Below are positions 38,116 to 48,882 of a stretch of 64,000 nt of DNA, one piece after another. Both the position numbers and the translations under genes were made by a program. Position 1 is the first letter of the stretch. Every line of letters begins with the position of its first letter. The notes under the pieces were generated by a model. That model did no database searches. It was given only the letters and a program-made list of their open reading frames with translations, and was not told where the DNA came from. Origin of the DNA: Fibrobacteria bacterium. GTDB lineage: Bacteria; Fibrobacterota; Fibrobacteria; UBA11236. The stretch is taken from the NCBI GenBank assembly GCA_025360005.1, contig JANYDA010000032.1, positions 148,624 to 212,623 on the forward strand. The letters run 5' to 3'.

Positions 38116-39258
38116 TCAGCCCCAGCGCAGGAGAGCACGGGCGGCGCGGGCCTTGGATAAAGCCGCATCCACGGTATCCGCGAGCACTGTGAAATGGCCC
38201 ATCTTGCGCTTGGCGGCGGCGCGTGATTTCCCATACAAGTGGAACGCCAGGTTCTCTTCCCGCATGGCTTCGTCCACGCCGTAAAGGGTATCCCCGTTCC
38301 CTTCGCCCAGGACGTTGATCATCACGGAAGGCTTCATCACCGCGGTCGATCCCAACGGCAGCCCGCACATGGCGCGCACCTGTTGTTCAAATTGCGAGCA
38401 GACGCAGGCGTCGAGCGTGTAGTGCCCGGAATTGTGGGGGCGCGGCGCGATTTCATTCACCAGGATCCCATCGCCTTCCACCAGGAACAACTCCACGCAA
38501 TAGGCTCCCACTATCCCCAGCTTGTCGCCCACGGCCTCCGCCACGGCGCGGGCTTTGGCCGCCGCCACCGCGGAAATGCGTGCGGGCACCACGGAAGCGT
38601 CCAGGATATTGTCCACGTGCGCGTTTTCCGAAACCGGGTAAGCGGAAGCCACGCCGTCGATGCCACGGCAGGCCACTACGCTCAATTCCTTGAGGAAGGG
38701 GATCTTCCTTTCCCATATCAGTGGGTGGCCGCGATACAGCCTTTGGAAAGCCGATGCTGCGGCCGCGGTATCGGCAACCACGGCTTGCCCCTTCCCGTCA
38801 TAGCCGCCCCGTACGGTCTTGATCACCGCTGGCAGGCCAATCTTGACGGCCGCCGCTTCCAGATCTTCCGGCGAGTCCACGGCCATGAACGCGGCGACCG
38901 CCAAGCCCGCATCGCTCAGGAATTTCTTTTCCAGCAACCGATCCTGGCTGATGCGGAGCACGCGACTGTCCGGATGCACGGTTTTCCCCAAGGCTTCCAG
39001 GAATTCCACCGCCCGGGCATCGATGTTCTCGAATTCGTAGGTGATGACGTCGCAGGTTTCCGCCAGCCGGCGCAGGGCGGATTCATCCAGGTAGTCCGCT
39101 TCGATCTGGGAATCCGCCACTTGTCCGCAGGGAGAGTCCCGGGACGGATCCAGGGTGATGACCCGGTAACCCAGACGTTTCGCCGCAAAGGCGAACATCC
39201 GGCCCAATTGGCCTCCCCCCAAGATGCCCAGGGTGGCGCCCGGCAGCACGGTGGGCAT
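38116..39258 (-). CDS. purK: N5-carboxyaminoimidazole ribonucleotide synthase
   Basis: GILGGGQLGRM, TYEFEN, GYDGKGQ, NEIAPRPHNSGH, RKMGH. Confidence 0.97.
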   Translation of the reverse strand: MPTVLPGATLGILGGGQLGRMFAFAAKRLGYRVITLDPSRDSPCGQVADSQIEADYLDESALRRLAETCDVITYEFENIDARAVEFLEALGKTVHPDSRVLRISQDRLLEKKFLSDAGLAVAAFMAVDSPEDLEAAAVKIGLPAVIKTVRGGYDGKGQAVVADTAAAASAFQRLYRGHPLIWERKIPFLKELSVVACRGIDGVASAYPVSENAHVDNILDASVVPARISAVAAAKARAVAEAVGDKLGIVGAYCVELFLVEGDGILVNEIAPRPHNSGHYTLDACVCSQFEQQVRAMCGLPLGSTAVMKPSVMINVLGEGNGDTLYGVDEAMREENLAFHLYGKSRAAAKRKMGHFTVLADTVDAALSKARAARALLRWG

Positions 39259-39261
39259 GCT

Positions 39262-39813
39262 TCAGGCCTCCGGGATTTTCATGGCGCGCACGTCCCGATC
39301 CAGGGAGGCGCGATGTTTGTCCACGGAGGATGCGATGGCGGGGTATTTGAGTCCCAAGATGCGGGCGGCCATAAGGCCGGCATTCTTGGCATTGCCTATG
39401 GCCATTGTGGCTACGGGAATCCCGGCAGGCATTTGCGCGATGGAAAGCAGCGAGTCCATGCCGTTGAGATGCTTGGAGGCTACGGGAACCCCGATGACGG
39501 GGAGCGAAGTCAGCGAGGCGGTCATGCCCGGCAAATGCGCCGCGCCGCCCGCTCCGGCGATGATCACTTCTAAGCCCCTGTCGCGCGCCGCTAGCGCATA
39601 CTCGACCATCAATTCCGGGGTCCTATGCGCGGAAACAACCTTGGACTCGAAGGGAATCGAAAACTCGGTGAGGATTTCCGCCGCATCCTTCATGGTCTCC
39701 CAATCGGATATGCTTCCCATAATGACGCCGACCATGGGCCGGACGCCCGGTTTGCGCTTGCCGGCCGGTATGGTTTCTCCGGTGCTCCTGTTGCCCTTGT
39801 TATTCTTGGCCAT
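39262..39813 (-). CDS. purE: N5-CAIR mutase
   Basis: [36 protein letters not shown]. Confidence 0.97.
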   Translation of the reverse strand: MAKNNKGNRSTGETIPAGKRKPGVRPMVGVIMGSISDWETMKDAAEILTEFSIPFESKVVSAHRTPELMVEYALAARDRGLEVIIAGAGGAAHLPGMTASLTSLPVIGVPVASKHLNGMDSLLSIAQMPAGIPVATMAIGNAKNAGLMAARILGLKYPAIASSVDKHRASLDRDVRAMKIPEA

Positions 39814-39827
39814 CTCTGACTCCGCTT

Positions 39828-40538
39828 TCAATTTACGGTCTGCGAGTCCGCGCTGTCGGAAGCCGTGTCCCGTTTGGCGGGCTCGGTCGGTTCTCCGGAA
39901 TTCGTATCCGTGTCGGGCGGCGGAAAGGTCTGCCTCCCTGCCTTATCCCATTCGCGCACGGTACCCTTCACCAGGACCCCGCCCTGAAAAGAGCGCTCCT
40001 GCCAAAGCCGGCCCGTCTCATGCCACCATGTGGCCAGGCCGTCCAACTTGCCATCGCCGTAATTGGCCTCGAATTTTTTTTTCCCGTCCGCATACCACTC
40101 GCGCCAGACGCCATGCGTGAGGCCGTCCCGGAACACGGTCTGCCATTGTTTTTGCCCTGTCTGGTACCAGACGGTCGCATAGCCGTTCTTTTTGCCTTCC
40201 TTGTAATTGGCCTCGTAGGATTTCCGGCCGTCCGCATAGTAATAAACCACGGCTCCGTTTTCCTTGCCGTCCTGCCAGAGGATTTCGCCCTTTTTCGATC
40301 CCGTATTGAAAAACTCTTCGTCCAGGCCATCCCGCACTTCTCGCTTCTTGTCGTCTAGATAATAGGAGTAGCGCTCTTTGATCTTTCCGTCCGGGAATTT
40401 GATTTCCTTCTTATGGATTTCCGGCGCGGCGGCGGCCCACGCCGTCGGCAACGCCAGTAGCGCAGCGACGGTGAGCGTCCCGAGGAAAACCTGCGATGCC
40501 TGGAGGCGAAGGAGTTGTGAAAAACCGTATTGATGCAT
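39828..40538 (-). CDS. Secreted MORN-variant repeat protein (YwqK-like)
   Basis: Signal peptide; repeats such as [19 protein letters not shown] and [20 protein letters not shown]. Confidence 0.85.
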   Translation of the reverse strand: MHQYGFSQLLRLQASQVFLGTLTVAALLALPTAWAAAAPEIHKKEIKFPDGKIKERYSYYLDDKKREVRDGLDEEFFNTGSKKGEILWQDGKENGAVVYYYADGRKSYEANYKEGKKNGYATVWYQTGQKQWQTVFRDGLTHGVWREWYADGKKKFEANYGDGKLDGLATWWHETGRLWQERSFQGGVLVKGTVREWDKAGRQTFPPPDTDTNSGEPTEPAKRDTASDSADSQTVN

Positions 40539-40691
40539 AGATCCGGCCACGAATATAGCTTTTCCCGGCCGGTAAGCCAGGGGACCGCCGCGCCCCGGAA
40601 CGGCGGCGGCGAAGCGGAAAAGTCTCCGGCAACGCGCCAATAGGTAGATTATGGAACGGCCGCGGAGCTATAGCACCGCAAGGAGGACCGA

Positions 40692-41159
40692 TTGGAATAT
40701 CTGCAAAGCATCATGCCCAAGCGCAAGAAGATAGCGCTGGTGGCGCACGATCATAAAAAAGCGGAATTGGTGGAATGGGCAAAACGGCATCGGGATACTT
40801 TGGCCGCGCACGAATTGTCGGCCACGGGAACCACCGGATCCCTGGTCGAAAAGGAAACCCGCTTGCCGGTCCAGAAGCTCCGGAGCGGACCTCTGGGCGG
40901 CGATTTGGAAATCGGCGCCCTCATCTCGGAAGGCAACATCGACGTCCTGGTTTTCTTCTGGGACCCGCTGGCAGCCCAGCCCCATGACCCCGATGTCCGC
41001 GCCCTGCTGCGTATCGCCGTGGTGTGGAACATCCCCGTGGTGAGCAATATGGCCTCGGCGGATTTCCTCTTCTCGTCCCCATTCATGATGGGCGAGTACC
41101 AACGCCTGGTGCCTGACTACGAGGAGCGCAAACGCAAGGATTGGCCTCTAAGGGGTTGA
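40692..41159 (+). CDS. mgsA: Methylglyoxal synthase
   Basis: [49 protein letters not shown]. Confidence 0.97.
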   Translation: MEYLQSIMPKRKKIALVAHDHKKAELVEWAKRHRDTLAAHELSATGTTGSLVEKETRLPVQKLRSGPLGGDLEIGALISEGNIDVLVFFWDPLAAQPHDPDVRALLRIAVVWNIPVVSNMASADFLFSSPFMMGEYQRLVPDYEERKRKDWPLRG

Positions 41160-41180
41160 AAACAGGTTCTGCGGAAAGGT

Positions 41181-41681
41181 TCAGGCGTAGATGCTGAGGG
41201 CTGCTCCTGCCTGTGGAGCCTTGCGGCCGTAGGCGCTGCGGGGATCGGGGAAAGCTTCCGGGCTCCGGACCCCGTCGTCGGCCTTCGTTTCCGTTCCGGT
41301 TCCGTTTTGTTCGCCTCCGTTTTGCTTTACGGCCGCATCGCGCGCCGATTCCTTTTGGGCCTGAACGGCCATCTGGGCCTTGGCCAAGGTAGCACCCGGG
41401 TTACCCTGAACTTGGCCGGCGTCGATTTCCACGTGCCCGCCTACCGCATATCGCCTGCCGTCCGCTTTCCCGGAACGCGCTTCCTCCGCTTGCTTATCCT
41501 GGCCTTGCCGGGAGATTTCCAATTTGGCGGAGGCCTGATCGAATCCGGAACCGCTTCCATTTGGATCGCCGGCAATCTGTCCTTTTGGTTTCCCATAAAC
41601 GGGACCGCATTCACGGCCTGGGATCACCACGCCGCTGGAAGAAAACACTTGGGCTATTTGGGAGAACATGGAAGACTGCAC
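41181..41681 (-). CDS. SprA-related family-like protein, apparently reduced
   Basis: DGRRYAVGGHVEID...GNPGATLAKAQ core; C-terminal AYG...GAALSIYA. Confidence 0.6.
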   Translation of the reverse strand: MQSSMFSQIAQVFSSSGVVIPGRECGPVYGKPKGQIAGDPNGSGSGFDQASAKLEISRQGQDKQAEEARSGKADGRRYAVGGHVEIDAGQVQGNPGATLAKAQMAVQAQKESARDAAVKQNGGEQNGTGTETKADDGVRSPEAFPDPRSAYGRKAPQAGAALSIYA

Positions 41682-41770
41682 GCGGCTATAATGTAGGGGC
41701 CGGCGATGGGAGGATGCAAGGTATCAAGTCCTCCCATCTTGGTCTTTTAGCGTTTTGTTATCTTTGCCCC

Positions 41771-43483
41771 ATGCTTGTATCCAAATATTTGCTGAAAACC
41801 TTGAGAGAATCCCCTTCCGGGGCGGAAATGCCCAGCCACATCTTCCTCCTGCGCGGCGGCTACATCAAACAGCTCGCCTCCGGCCTGTACTCCATCCTGC
41901 CCTTGGGCAAACGCGTCCTGAACAAGATTGAGGCCGTGATCCGGGACGAGATGGATAAGCTGGACGGCCAGGAAGTGGACTTGCCGCTGGTGCAGCCGGC
42001 GGAACTGTGGATGGAATCCGGCCGCTACGGGGCCATCGGCGCCGAATTGCTGCGTTTCAAGGATCGCGGTGAGCACCACATGGTCCTCGCCATGACGCAC
42101 GAAGAAGCCATTACCGATCTCGCGCGCTACGTGCTTTCTTCTTACAAGCAGTTGCCGTTCATGATCTGGCAGTTCAAGCTCAAGTTCCGGGACGAACCGC
42201 GCGCACGCGGGGGCCTGGTGCGCGTGCGCGAATTCATCATGAAGGACGGGTACAGCTTCCATCGCGACGATGCGGACATGGATGCCTATTACCAGCGCGT
42301 CTACCGGGCCTACGAGAACATCTTCGCCCGCGCAGGCATCAAGCCCATCGTGGTCAAATCGGATACCGGCATCATGGGCGGCAAAATAGCGCATGAATTC
42401 ATGCTCGAATCCGGCCACGGCGAGGACTATCTCATCATCTCCCAGGACGGCAGCTACTCCGCCAACCAGGAAATCGCCGAGTTCCATCGGGAACACGCCA
42501 AGGCCTCCCCCCTGCCCCTGGAAAAGATCGCCACTCCGGGAAAGAAGACCATCGAGGACGTATCCGCATTGCTGGGCGTGCCGGCATCCCGGACCATGAA
42601 GGCCGTGATGTACGAGGCCGAGCAGGACAAAAGGAAATGCCTGGTGCTCGGGCTCATCCGCGGGGATCTGGAAATCAGCGAAATCAAAGTGCGGAATTAC
42701 CTCAAGGTACCTTGGCTGTTACCTGCGAACGAAGAATACATCCGCTCCTTCGGGATCGTTCCCGGCTACGCTTCGGCGGTGGGCATAGCCGAGCGCAAAG
42801 ACCTGCTGGTGTTGACGGACCTGTCCGTGAGCGAAGCCAACAACCTGGTGGGAGGCGCCAACGAGGACGGCTTTCATTATCAGCACGTCAACTTCCGCAG
42901 GGATTTCCAGACGCCCCATTGCGGCGATTTCGCCAAGGCGCAGGAAGGCTACTTGTCTCCGGACGGGAAGTCCGTGCTGCGGGCCGTGCGCGGCATCGAG
43001 ATCGGGAACATCTTCAAGCTCGGCGCCAAGTTCACCCAATCCATGGGTTGCACCTACCTGGACGAGGAAGGCAAGCAACAGACGCCCACCATGGGTTGCT
43101 ACGGAATCGGAGTAGGCCGCCTGATGGCGGCGGCCATCGAGAACTCGCACGATGAGTTCGGCCCCATCTGGCCCAAGGAACTCGCGCCATTCCAGGTCCA
43201 CTTGGTCAACATCGGCCGCGAGCCGGAAGTGCTGGACACTTGCGCCAAACTGATCGCGGAATGGGAAGGCCTGGGATTGGAAGTCCTCTTCGACGATAGG
43301 GACGAAAGGCCCGGCGTCAAATTCAAGGATGCGGATCTCTGGGGCATTCCCGTGCGGATTGCGATCGGAAAAAAGGGCCTGGTGGACGGCATGGCGGAAT
43401 GGAAGCCGCGCAAGGAAAAGGATTTCACCAAGATCCCGGTGGGCGAATTGGGCAAACGTCTACAGGAATTCTACGCCAAGTAG
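41771..43483 (+). CDS. proS: Proline--tRNA ligase (bacterial type with editing insertion)
   Basis: KFRDEPRARGGLVRVREFIMKDGYSF, GIEIGNIFKLG, MGCYGIGVGR, DDRDERPGVKFKDADL. Confidence 0.98.
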   Translation: MLVSKYLLKTLRESPSGAEMPSHIFLLRGGYIKQLASGLYSILPLGKRVLNKIEAVIRDEMDKLDGQEVDLPLVQPAELWMESGRYGAIGAELLRFKDRGEHHMVLAMTHEEAITDLARYVLSSYKQLPFMIWQFKLKFRDEPRARGGLVRVREFIMKDGYSFHRDDADMDAYYQRVYRAYENIFARAGIKPIVVKSDTGIMGGKIAHEFMLESGHGEDYLIISQDGSYSANQEIAEFHREHAKASPLPLEKIATPGKKTIEDVSALLGVPASRTMKAVMYEAEQDKRKCLVLGLIRGDLEISEIKVRNYLKVPWLLPANEEYIRSFGIVPGYASAVGIAERKDLLVLTDLSVSEANNLVGGANEDGFHYQHVNFRRDFQTPHCGDFAKAQEGYLSPDGKSVLRAVRGIEIGNIFKLGAKFTQSMGCTYLDEEGKQQTPTMGCYGIGVGRLMAAAIENSHDEFGPIWPKELAPFQVHLVNIGREPEVLDTCAKLIAEWEGLGLEVLFDDRDERPGVKFKDADLWGIPVRIAIGKKGLVDGMAEWKPRKEKDFTKIPVGELGKRLQEFYAK

Positions 43484-43532
43484 TTCACGGCAATGCCGAA
43501 TCGGCCGGGCTTCATCCCGCCTCGACCGACCC

Positions 43533-43551
43533 CCTGTTTTGCAAAAACAGG
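43533..43551. terminator. Possible terminator/palindrome after proS
   Basis: CCTGTTTT-GCA-AAAACAGG 8-bp inverted repeat; AT-rich stem, weak. Confidence 0.3.
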
Positions 43552-43686
43552 CCTAAACATTTATTTAAGAATGGATTCGTGAGGGGGCTCACATGCCGAC
43601 CGGAAAAAAAAGGCGATAATTGATTGTTGAACTCTGGGAAAATGCGGTAAAATGTTGCAAATGACGGGCACGAAAGCGTTATAGGA

Positions 43687-44544
43687 ATGCGGCTGCGGTT
43701 TTGGGGCGTGCGGGGAAGCATACCCACCCCCTCCGAAGAGACGGTCCGTTATGGCGGCAACACCTCCTGCTTATCGGCCGATCTGGGCGGCAATGTGGTC
43801 ATCTTCGATGCCGGAACCGGAATCCGGAACCTGGGGATCAGCCTTCTCAATCGCAAGGACAAACCGAAACTGGATATGTTCCTGAGCCATGTGCATTGGG
43901 ACCATATCCAAGGCTTTCCGTTTTTCGGACCGGGCTACCGGCCCGGTTATGATATCGACGTGTACGGACGCGGTAAAGCCGACAATACCTTGGGGGAAAT
44001 CCTGGCGGGCCAGATGGAAGGGCCCAACTTCCCCGTCTCCCTGCATCAGCTCGGCGCCAAGTTCACCTATTCCGACATCACTCCCGGCCAGGTCATCGAA
44101 ATCAAGAGCCCGGAAGGCCAACTAATCGGTAAAGTAACGTGCGCGCAAGGTTGCCATCCCAACGGCGTGCTGGTTTATCGTCTCGATGATCTGCGCAAAG
44201 GCACCGCTTTCGTTTACGCCACCGATACCGAGCACTATCCCAATCGCATGGATCTCAATATCGGGGATCTGGCCAAGGGCGCGGACCTGCTCATCTACGA
44301 TGGCATGTACACGCCCGAAGAATATGAGACCAAGTACAAGGGATGGGGCCATTCAACTTGGGAAAAAGGATACGAATTGGCGGCCTATGCGGGCGTGGGG
44401 AGATACGTGGTGTTCCACCATGATCCCAACCACACCGATGATTTCCTGGAAGGCTACGAAGCCGATGTAAAGGATAAATGCCGATCCAGGAACCCCAAGC
44501 TCGACGTCCGCTTCGCCCGCGAAAAGATGGAAATCGATCTGTAA
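43687..44544 (+). CDS. MBL-fold metallo-hydrolase
   Basis: FWGVRGSIP, YGGNTSC, DAGTG, SHVHWDHIQG, GWGHST, FHHDP. Confidence 0.92.
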   Translation: MRLRFWGVRGSIPTPSEETVRYGGNTSCLSADLGGNVVIFDAGTGIRNLGISLLNRKDKPKLDMFLSHVHWDHIQGFPFFGPGYRPGYDIDVYGRGKADNTLGEILAGQMEGPNFPVSLHQLGAKFTYSDITPGQVIEIKSPEGQLIGKVTCAQGCHPNGVLVYRLDDLRKGTAFVYATDTEHYPNRMDLNIGDLAKGADLLIYDGMYTPEEYETKYKGWGHSTWEKGYELAAYAGVGRYVVFHHDPNHTDDFLEGYEADVKDKCRSRNPKLDVRFAREKMEIDL

Positions 44545-44570
44545 GAGATCGGATTTCCATCCCATCCCTC

Positions 44571-46109
44571 TCAATCCCAGCGAGTCCCCTTGAGGGCACC
44601 CAAGGTATCCCTGCCCATCAGGATCGGACGGCTTTTCAGATTGTGGAGCGCATCGGGTTTAACGGGGATATCCCCCAGGAAAATATGCGCCACCTGGTAG
44701 CTGAGATCGCTGAATCCGAAATCGATGGACGAGATTGAGAACGGCCGCGACCAATGGTTGTTGTCGAAGGACAGCAAGGTCACGTCCCCGGGAACGCGGA
44801 GCCCCATTTCCCGGAACCAGAGGTAATACTGGTGCGCGAAATAATCGTTGGGCGCCAGGATGGCCGTCACTGCGCCGCCAAAGCGGGCGGCCTTTTCCTT
44901 ATCCAGCATATCCATCAGCGAAGGGATCATCTCCCGCAGGGTTTTGCGGCCGCGGCCGGCCTGGCCGGTGCGATAGATCCTCAGCCAAGCGGGAAAATCC
45001 TCCGGACCCAGCCAGGGCTTGGGATGCCAGAAGCTTTCCTGGTGTTCGTTCTCCACGATGGTAACCTTAGGGTGGTAACCGGCAGCGTGTCGCTTGAGCA
45101 CGGCGGAACGGTGCATGATCCACGGGAATTCCCGTGACCGGTAGATGGGAAATCCGATACGCCTATGCCCCAATCCCGTCAAGGTATCCAACGCCAGGGT
45201 CACGGAGGCGTCCTCGTCCTTGATGCAGCGGAACAAGCGCGAACCTCCCGGAATGGATCGCATGTCCATGTCCTTCACCAGGCACTCCAGATCCAGCCAG
45301 ACCACGGGACGCTTGAACCGGCCCAGCCAGGACAGCAATCCGGGTTCCGCATCGCGCGCGATGTACATGGCGCCCGCGTACCTTTCTCCCAGGGATTGGA
45401 TCAAGGATTGGATGCGCGGGCGGCCCGATGAGAAGAACCCCGAATCAGACGGGGAGACCGTGGCCAACCGGGTTTCCATGCCCATGCGTTCGATTTCCAG
45501 GTAGAAGTTCTGCACGAACTTTCCGGAATGCTCTTCGTGGTAGACCTGCTCCCAAAAGGGGTAATCCGGCACCAGCAGCAGGATGGCGGGAGCGTTGCGG
45601 GACGTGCGATGCAAAGCACCGGAGGCCGTCCTCGATTCGCCATCGCCTCCGGCCAGCCAACTCTTTCCGTGTTTGCGGATGAGGCGTTCCCCCTCCAGCA
45701 ACTTGAAGGCCGCGCATACGGTATCCGGAGAAACGCCTTCCTGCGAGGAGATGAATCCGACCTTGGGAAGCGCCTGGCCTACGCGGTAGGTACCGTCCAG
45801 GATACGCTCCCGCAATCGGCCGGACAGGGTAACCAGGGAGTTACCCACGGGGGCCTTGGGCCGGGCGGAGCCTTCCCCTATCCAGAAAGTGCCTTTCCCG
45901 CGGAAGCTCTCGACCAGGCCTTGATCCCGCAGGGCATCCAGCGCCTTCTGCATGGTGGCCTTGGAAACGCCGGCTTCCCTGGCCATCGCCAGGATGGATT
46001 CCAACCGCCCGCCCGGAAACGTATCCTTGCGCGCGCGTAAGCCTTCCGCCAAAGCTTCAAAAAGCCTTTTGCCGCTGCGCCCATCGGCCTTGCCTTTGGT
46101 ATCCACCAT
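44571..46109 (-). CDS. Transcriptional regulator with two GntR-type wHTH domains and a LacI-like sensor domain
   Basis: GVSKATMQKALDAL..GLVESFRGKGTF; second wHTH GVSPDTVCAAFKLL; LGHRRIG, GLRVPGDVTLLSFDN. Confidence 0.85.
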   Translation of the reverse strand: MVDTKGKADGRSGKRLFEALAEGLRARKDTFPGGRLESILAMAREAGVSKATMQKALDALRDQGLVESFRGKGTFWIGEGSARPKAPVGNSLVTLSGRLRERILDGTYRVGQALPKVGFISSQEGVSPDTVCAAFKLLEGERLIRKHGKSWLAGGDGESRTASGALHRTSRNAPAILLLVPDYPFWEQVYHEEHSGKFVQNFYLEIERMGMETRLATVSPSDSGFFSSGRPRIQSLIQSLGERYAGAMYIARDAEPGLLSWLGRFKRPVVWLDLECLVKDMDMRSIPGGSRLFRCIKDEDASVTLALDTLTGLGHRRIGFPIYRSREFPWIMHRSAVLKRHAAGYHPKVTIVENEHQESFWHPKPWLGPEDFPAWLRIYRTGQAGRGRKTLREMIPSLMDMLDKEKAARFGGAVTAILAPNDYFAHQYYLWFREMGLRVPGDVTLLSFDNNHWSRPFSISSIDFGFSDLSYQVAHIFLGDIPVKPDALHNLKSRPILMGRDTLGALKGTRWD

Positions 46110-46366
46110 GCCGGCTCCCCTCCCATATGCTGCAAAGGCAAATCTGGATATACCTGGGATAATATAAGAATGGAATCCCGGCATCGAAGGGGATTTCCAC
46201 CCTATCTTTATCGCAATGGAACGCGCCATTCCACGGGGAAGCGCACGATTCGAGGTAACGGCGGGCTTTTTCCCATCGGCCGGTTGCGGCCGAGGAACAA
46301 AGCCCGCAACGATGGACTCCCGGGCGGCGGCTTTTCTCCCCCACCACTCGTCGCCGGGAATTCCCT

Positions 46367-46412
46367 CCAATCCCGTCGACGGTATAGCCCTCTTGGACCG
46401 TCGACGGGTTGG
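46367..46412. repeat. Inverted repeat containing two copies of the palindrome CCGTCGACGG
   Basis: ccaat-cccgtcgacggt-N13-accgtcgacggg-ttgg. Confidence 0.75.
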
Positions 46413-46503
46413 AGCATTGAACAGGGTGTTGAAAAAGTCCTGCCGGCTTCGGGCGGCTGAGCCCTGATGCAACGGCCATCCGCAACCGGGAACCGGTTCC
46501 GGA

Positions 46504-48882
46504 TCAGAAGGTCTTGCGCACCCGGTGATCGGGTTTCTTTTCCTTCTCTTTTTCCTTGTCTTTGTCCTTGTCCTTCGCCTTGCCCTTTTCCTTACCCTCT
46601 TCCGGGGTAACGGCAGTGGTACGTCGATCCTTGTGCTGATTGGCGGTGAAGATGTCGTCTCCGGAAGCGCTTTTGTTATGCAGCTCCTGAGTGCAGGGTT
46701 CGGTGGGCTGGTGCCCGGCGATATAGTAATCGGTGGTGTTCAGCTTGCAGAAGCTTTGCGCCAGCAGCCCGGAAGTCTGGCACACGGTCGCCTCCACCAC
46801 GCCGTCCGGCCGCGGGAACTCCAGCGCCTTCTTGCCTTTTTCGGCGCGGGTCATTACGGAAATCCAGACGGGAACGGCATCGTCCGCGCCGGTGTGGCCG
46901 GGACCCATGGAAGCGTGATCGTCCGCGCCCACCCAGATGCCCATGGTCAGCCGCTTGGTGAACCCGATGTACCAGGCATCGTTGTAATCGTTGGTGGTGC
47001 CGGTCTTGCCTCCGGAGGGATGGTTGAAGCCGCTGGCCCAGATGGCGGCGGCGGTGCCGTGGATGTTCACGTCCCTGAGCATGGTGCACATGATCCACGC
47101 CGCTTCCTTGCGCAGCACCTCGTTGGTCTGCGGCACGTTCTGGTAGATGGTCTGGCCGTTCTTGTCCACGATTCTCTCGATAAGATATGGGGTGGGACGC
47201 ACGCCCCCGTCGGGAAATGCCGTATAGGCCGAAGTCATTTCCATCAAGGTTGCCTCACAGGATCCGATGCCCAAGGAAGGCACGGGCAGCACGCTATGCA
47301 TGAGGCCGAACTTGCGGGCGTAGGAAACCACGGTCTTGAGGCCGTATTTCATGGCCACTTCGATAGCGGGCAGGTTCTTGGATTTGTATAACGCACGGCG
47401 CATGCTGATCTTTCCATCGAAACCGGGTTCGTAATTGTGAGGCCGCCAGAACTTGGTGGAGTCGATTGGATCGGGGATGGTGATGGGCTGGTCGTTCAGG
47501 ATGTCCCCCGGGCTGGCGCCGTTGTCCACCGCGGTAGCGTAGACGAACGGTTTGAATGAGGACCCAGGGGAACGCACCGCCTGCAGGGCCCGGTTGTATT
47601 TGGACTTCTCGAAGCTCTCGCCGCCCACCATCGCCCGCACCGCGCCCGTTTCGTTGTCCAGGATCAGCAACGCCGATTGCGCGTGCACGTAGCGCATGGA
47701 ATCCGGGAACCGCTTCTGGTAGGCCGCGGTGGTATCATGCTCATGCAGGTAAAGCGAATCGAAGCGGGGATAGAATTCATCCCAGCGGTGAATGATGGTA
47801 TCCATGGGGGTTTTCATCAGCCCCGCCATGTTGAAGGCCCTGGCGGTGCGGTAGCGCAAGCGCACGCGCGTCTTATGCAGATTGGCCACCAAGGTGGACT
47901 CGGCGTAATTCTGGAGATTGGAGTCCAAAGTGGTATATACGGTCACGCCCTGGTTGTATACGAGATCCTCGTTCCACTTCTTCTCCATGAATTGGCGCAC
48001 CGTCTCCACGTAATAGCCGGCGAACTCCGTGGGCGGCTGCCACATCTTCATGTCCAGGCCGGATTTCAGGCTCTCCTTCAATTGCGCGCGCGTGATGTAC
48101 CCCATCGACTTCATCGCCCCCAGGACGGTGTTGCGGCGTTCCCGCGCCGCTTCCGGATTCAGATCCGGCCGGTAGGCTTCGGGCCGTTGCAGCAGGCCGG
48201 CGAGCAAGGCGTATTGGTTGATGGCCAGAGAATCCAGGGGCCGGGAGAAATACCGCTGCGCGGCGGCGGCGAATCCGTACGCTCCCGATCCCAGGTAGAC
48301 CTGGTTGAAATAGAATTCCAGGATCTCGTTCTTGGTGTATGTCCTTTCGATCTGGACGGCCACCAGGATTTCCTTCAGCTTGCGGACGATGGAGCGTTCC
48401 GGCGTCAGGAAAAGGTTCTTGGCCAATTGCTGGGTCAAGGTGGAGGCCCCGCGCGCGCGCTTGCCCATTAAAGCCGGCAACAATGCGGATGGATAGGCCG
48501 CCAGGTCCACGCCCCAATGCTCGTAGAATTTCTGATCCTCGATGGCGAAGACGGCCAGCTTCTGCGCCTTGGGGATTTGCGCCGCCGGCGTCCAGATGCG
48601 GCGCTGGGTATAGAACTCGTGCACCAGCGCGGTGTCCTTATCGTACACCTTGGTAATGAGGTTGGGTTCGATGCGCTCCATGGTTTCCAGGGAAGGCAGG
48701 GTGCGCCAGTAATGGACCGCCACGGCGGCCATGAGGAAAGTTCCCAACACGGGAAGGAATCCCAGTATCAGGATCCACCGGAACACGCTGCGACGATAGG
48801 CGGGTTTCCCCAGATCCCGGCGCACCAGGCGGAACCAATCGGAGAACAGGGAGGCGATTCCCCGGATCAGTTTTGTGAACAT
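46504..48882 (-). CDS. mrcA: Class A penicillin-binding protein (PBP1A family)
   Basis: EDQKFYEHWG, GASTLTQQLAKN, RKLKE, SSFK, SKN, KTG motifs. Confidence 0.93.
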   Translation of the reverse strand: MFTKLIRGIASLFSDWFRLVRRDLGKPAYRRSVFRWILILGFLPVLGTFLMAAVAVHYWRTLPSLETMERIEPNLITKVYDKDTALVHEFYTQRRIWTPAAQIPKAQKLAVFAIEDQKFYEHWGVDLAAYPSALLPALMGKRARGASTLTQQLAKNLFLTPERSIVRKLKEILVAVQIERTYTKNEILEFYFNQVYLGSGAYGFAAAAQRYFSRPLDSLAINQYALLAGLLQRPEAYRPDLNPEAARERRNTVLGAMKSMGYITRAQLKESLKSGLDMKMWQPPTEFAGYYVETVRQFMEKKWNEDLVYNQGVTVYTTLDSNLQNYAESTLVANLHKTRVRLRYRTARAFNMAGLMKTPMDTIIHRWDEFYPRFDSLYLHEHDTTAAYQKRFPDSMRYVHAQSALLILDNETGAVRAMVGGESFEKSKYNRALQAVRSPGSSFKPFVYATAVDNGASPGDILNDQPITIPDPIDSTKFWRPHNYEPGFDGKISMRRALYKSKNLPAIEVAMKYGLKTVVSYARKFGLMHSVLPVPSLGIGSCEATLMEMTSAYTAFPDGGVRPTPYLIERIVDKNGQTIYQNVPQTNEVLRKEAAWIMCTMLRDVNIHGTAAAIWASGFNHPSGGKTGTTNDYNDAWYIGFTKRLTMGIWVGADDHASMGPGHTGADDAVPVWISVMTRAEKGKKALEFPRPDGVVEATVCQTSGLLAQSFCKLNTTDYYIAGHQPTEPCTQELHNKSASGDDIFTANQHKDRRTTAVTPEEGKEKGKAKDKDKDKEKEKEKKPDHRVRKTF

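Noticed and set aside
39828..40538. Toxin-antitoxin system suggested by YwqK-like repeats
   Set aside because: Generic MORN-variant repeat protein with a signal peptide; no adjacent toxin.
46530..46600. KDKDKDKEKEKEKK low-complexity repeat
   Set aside because: Ordinary charged disordered tail of PBP1A.
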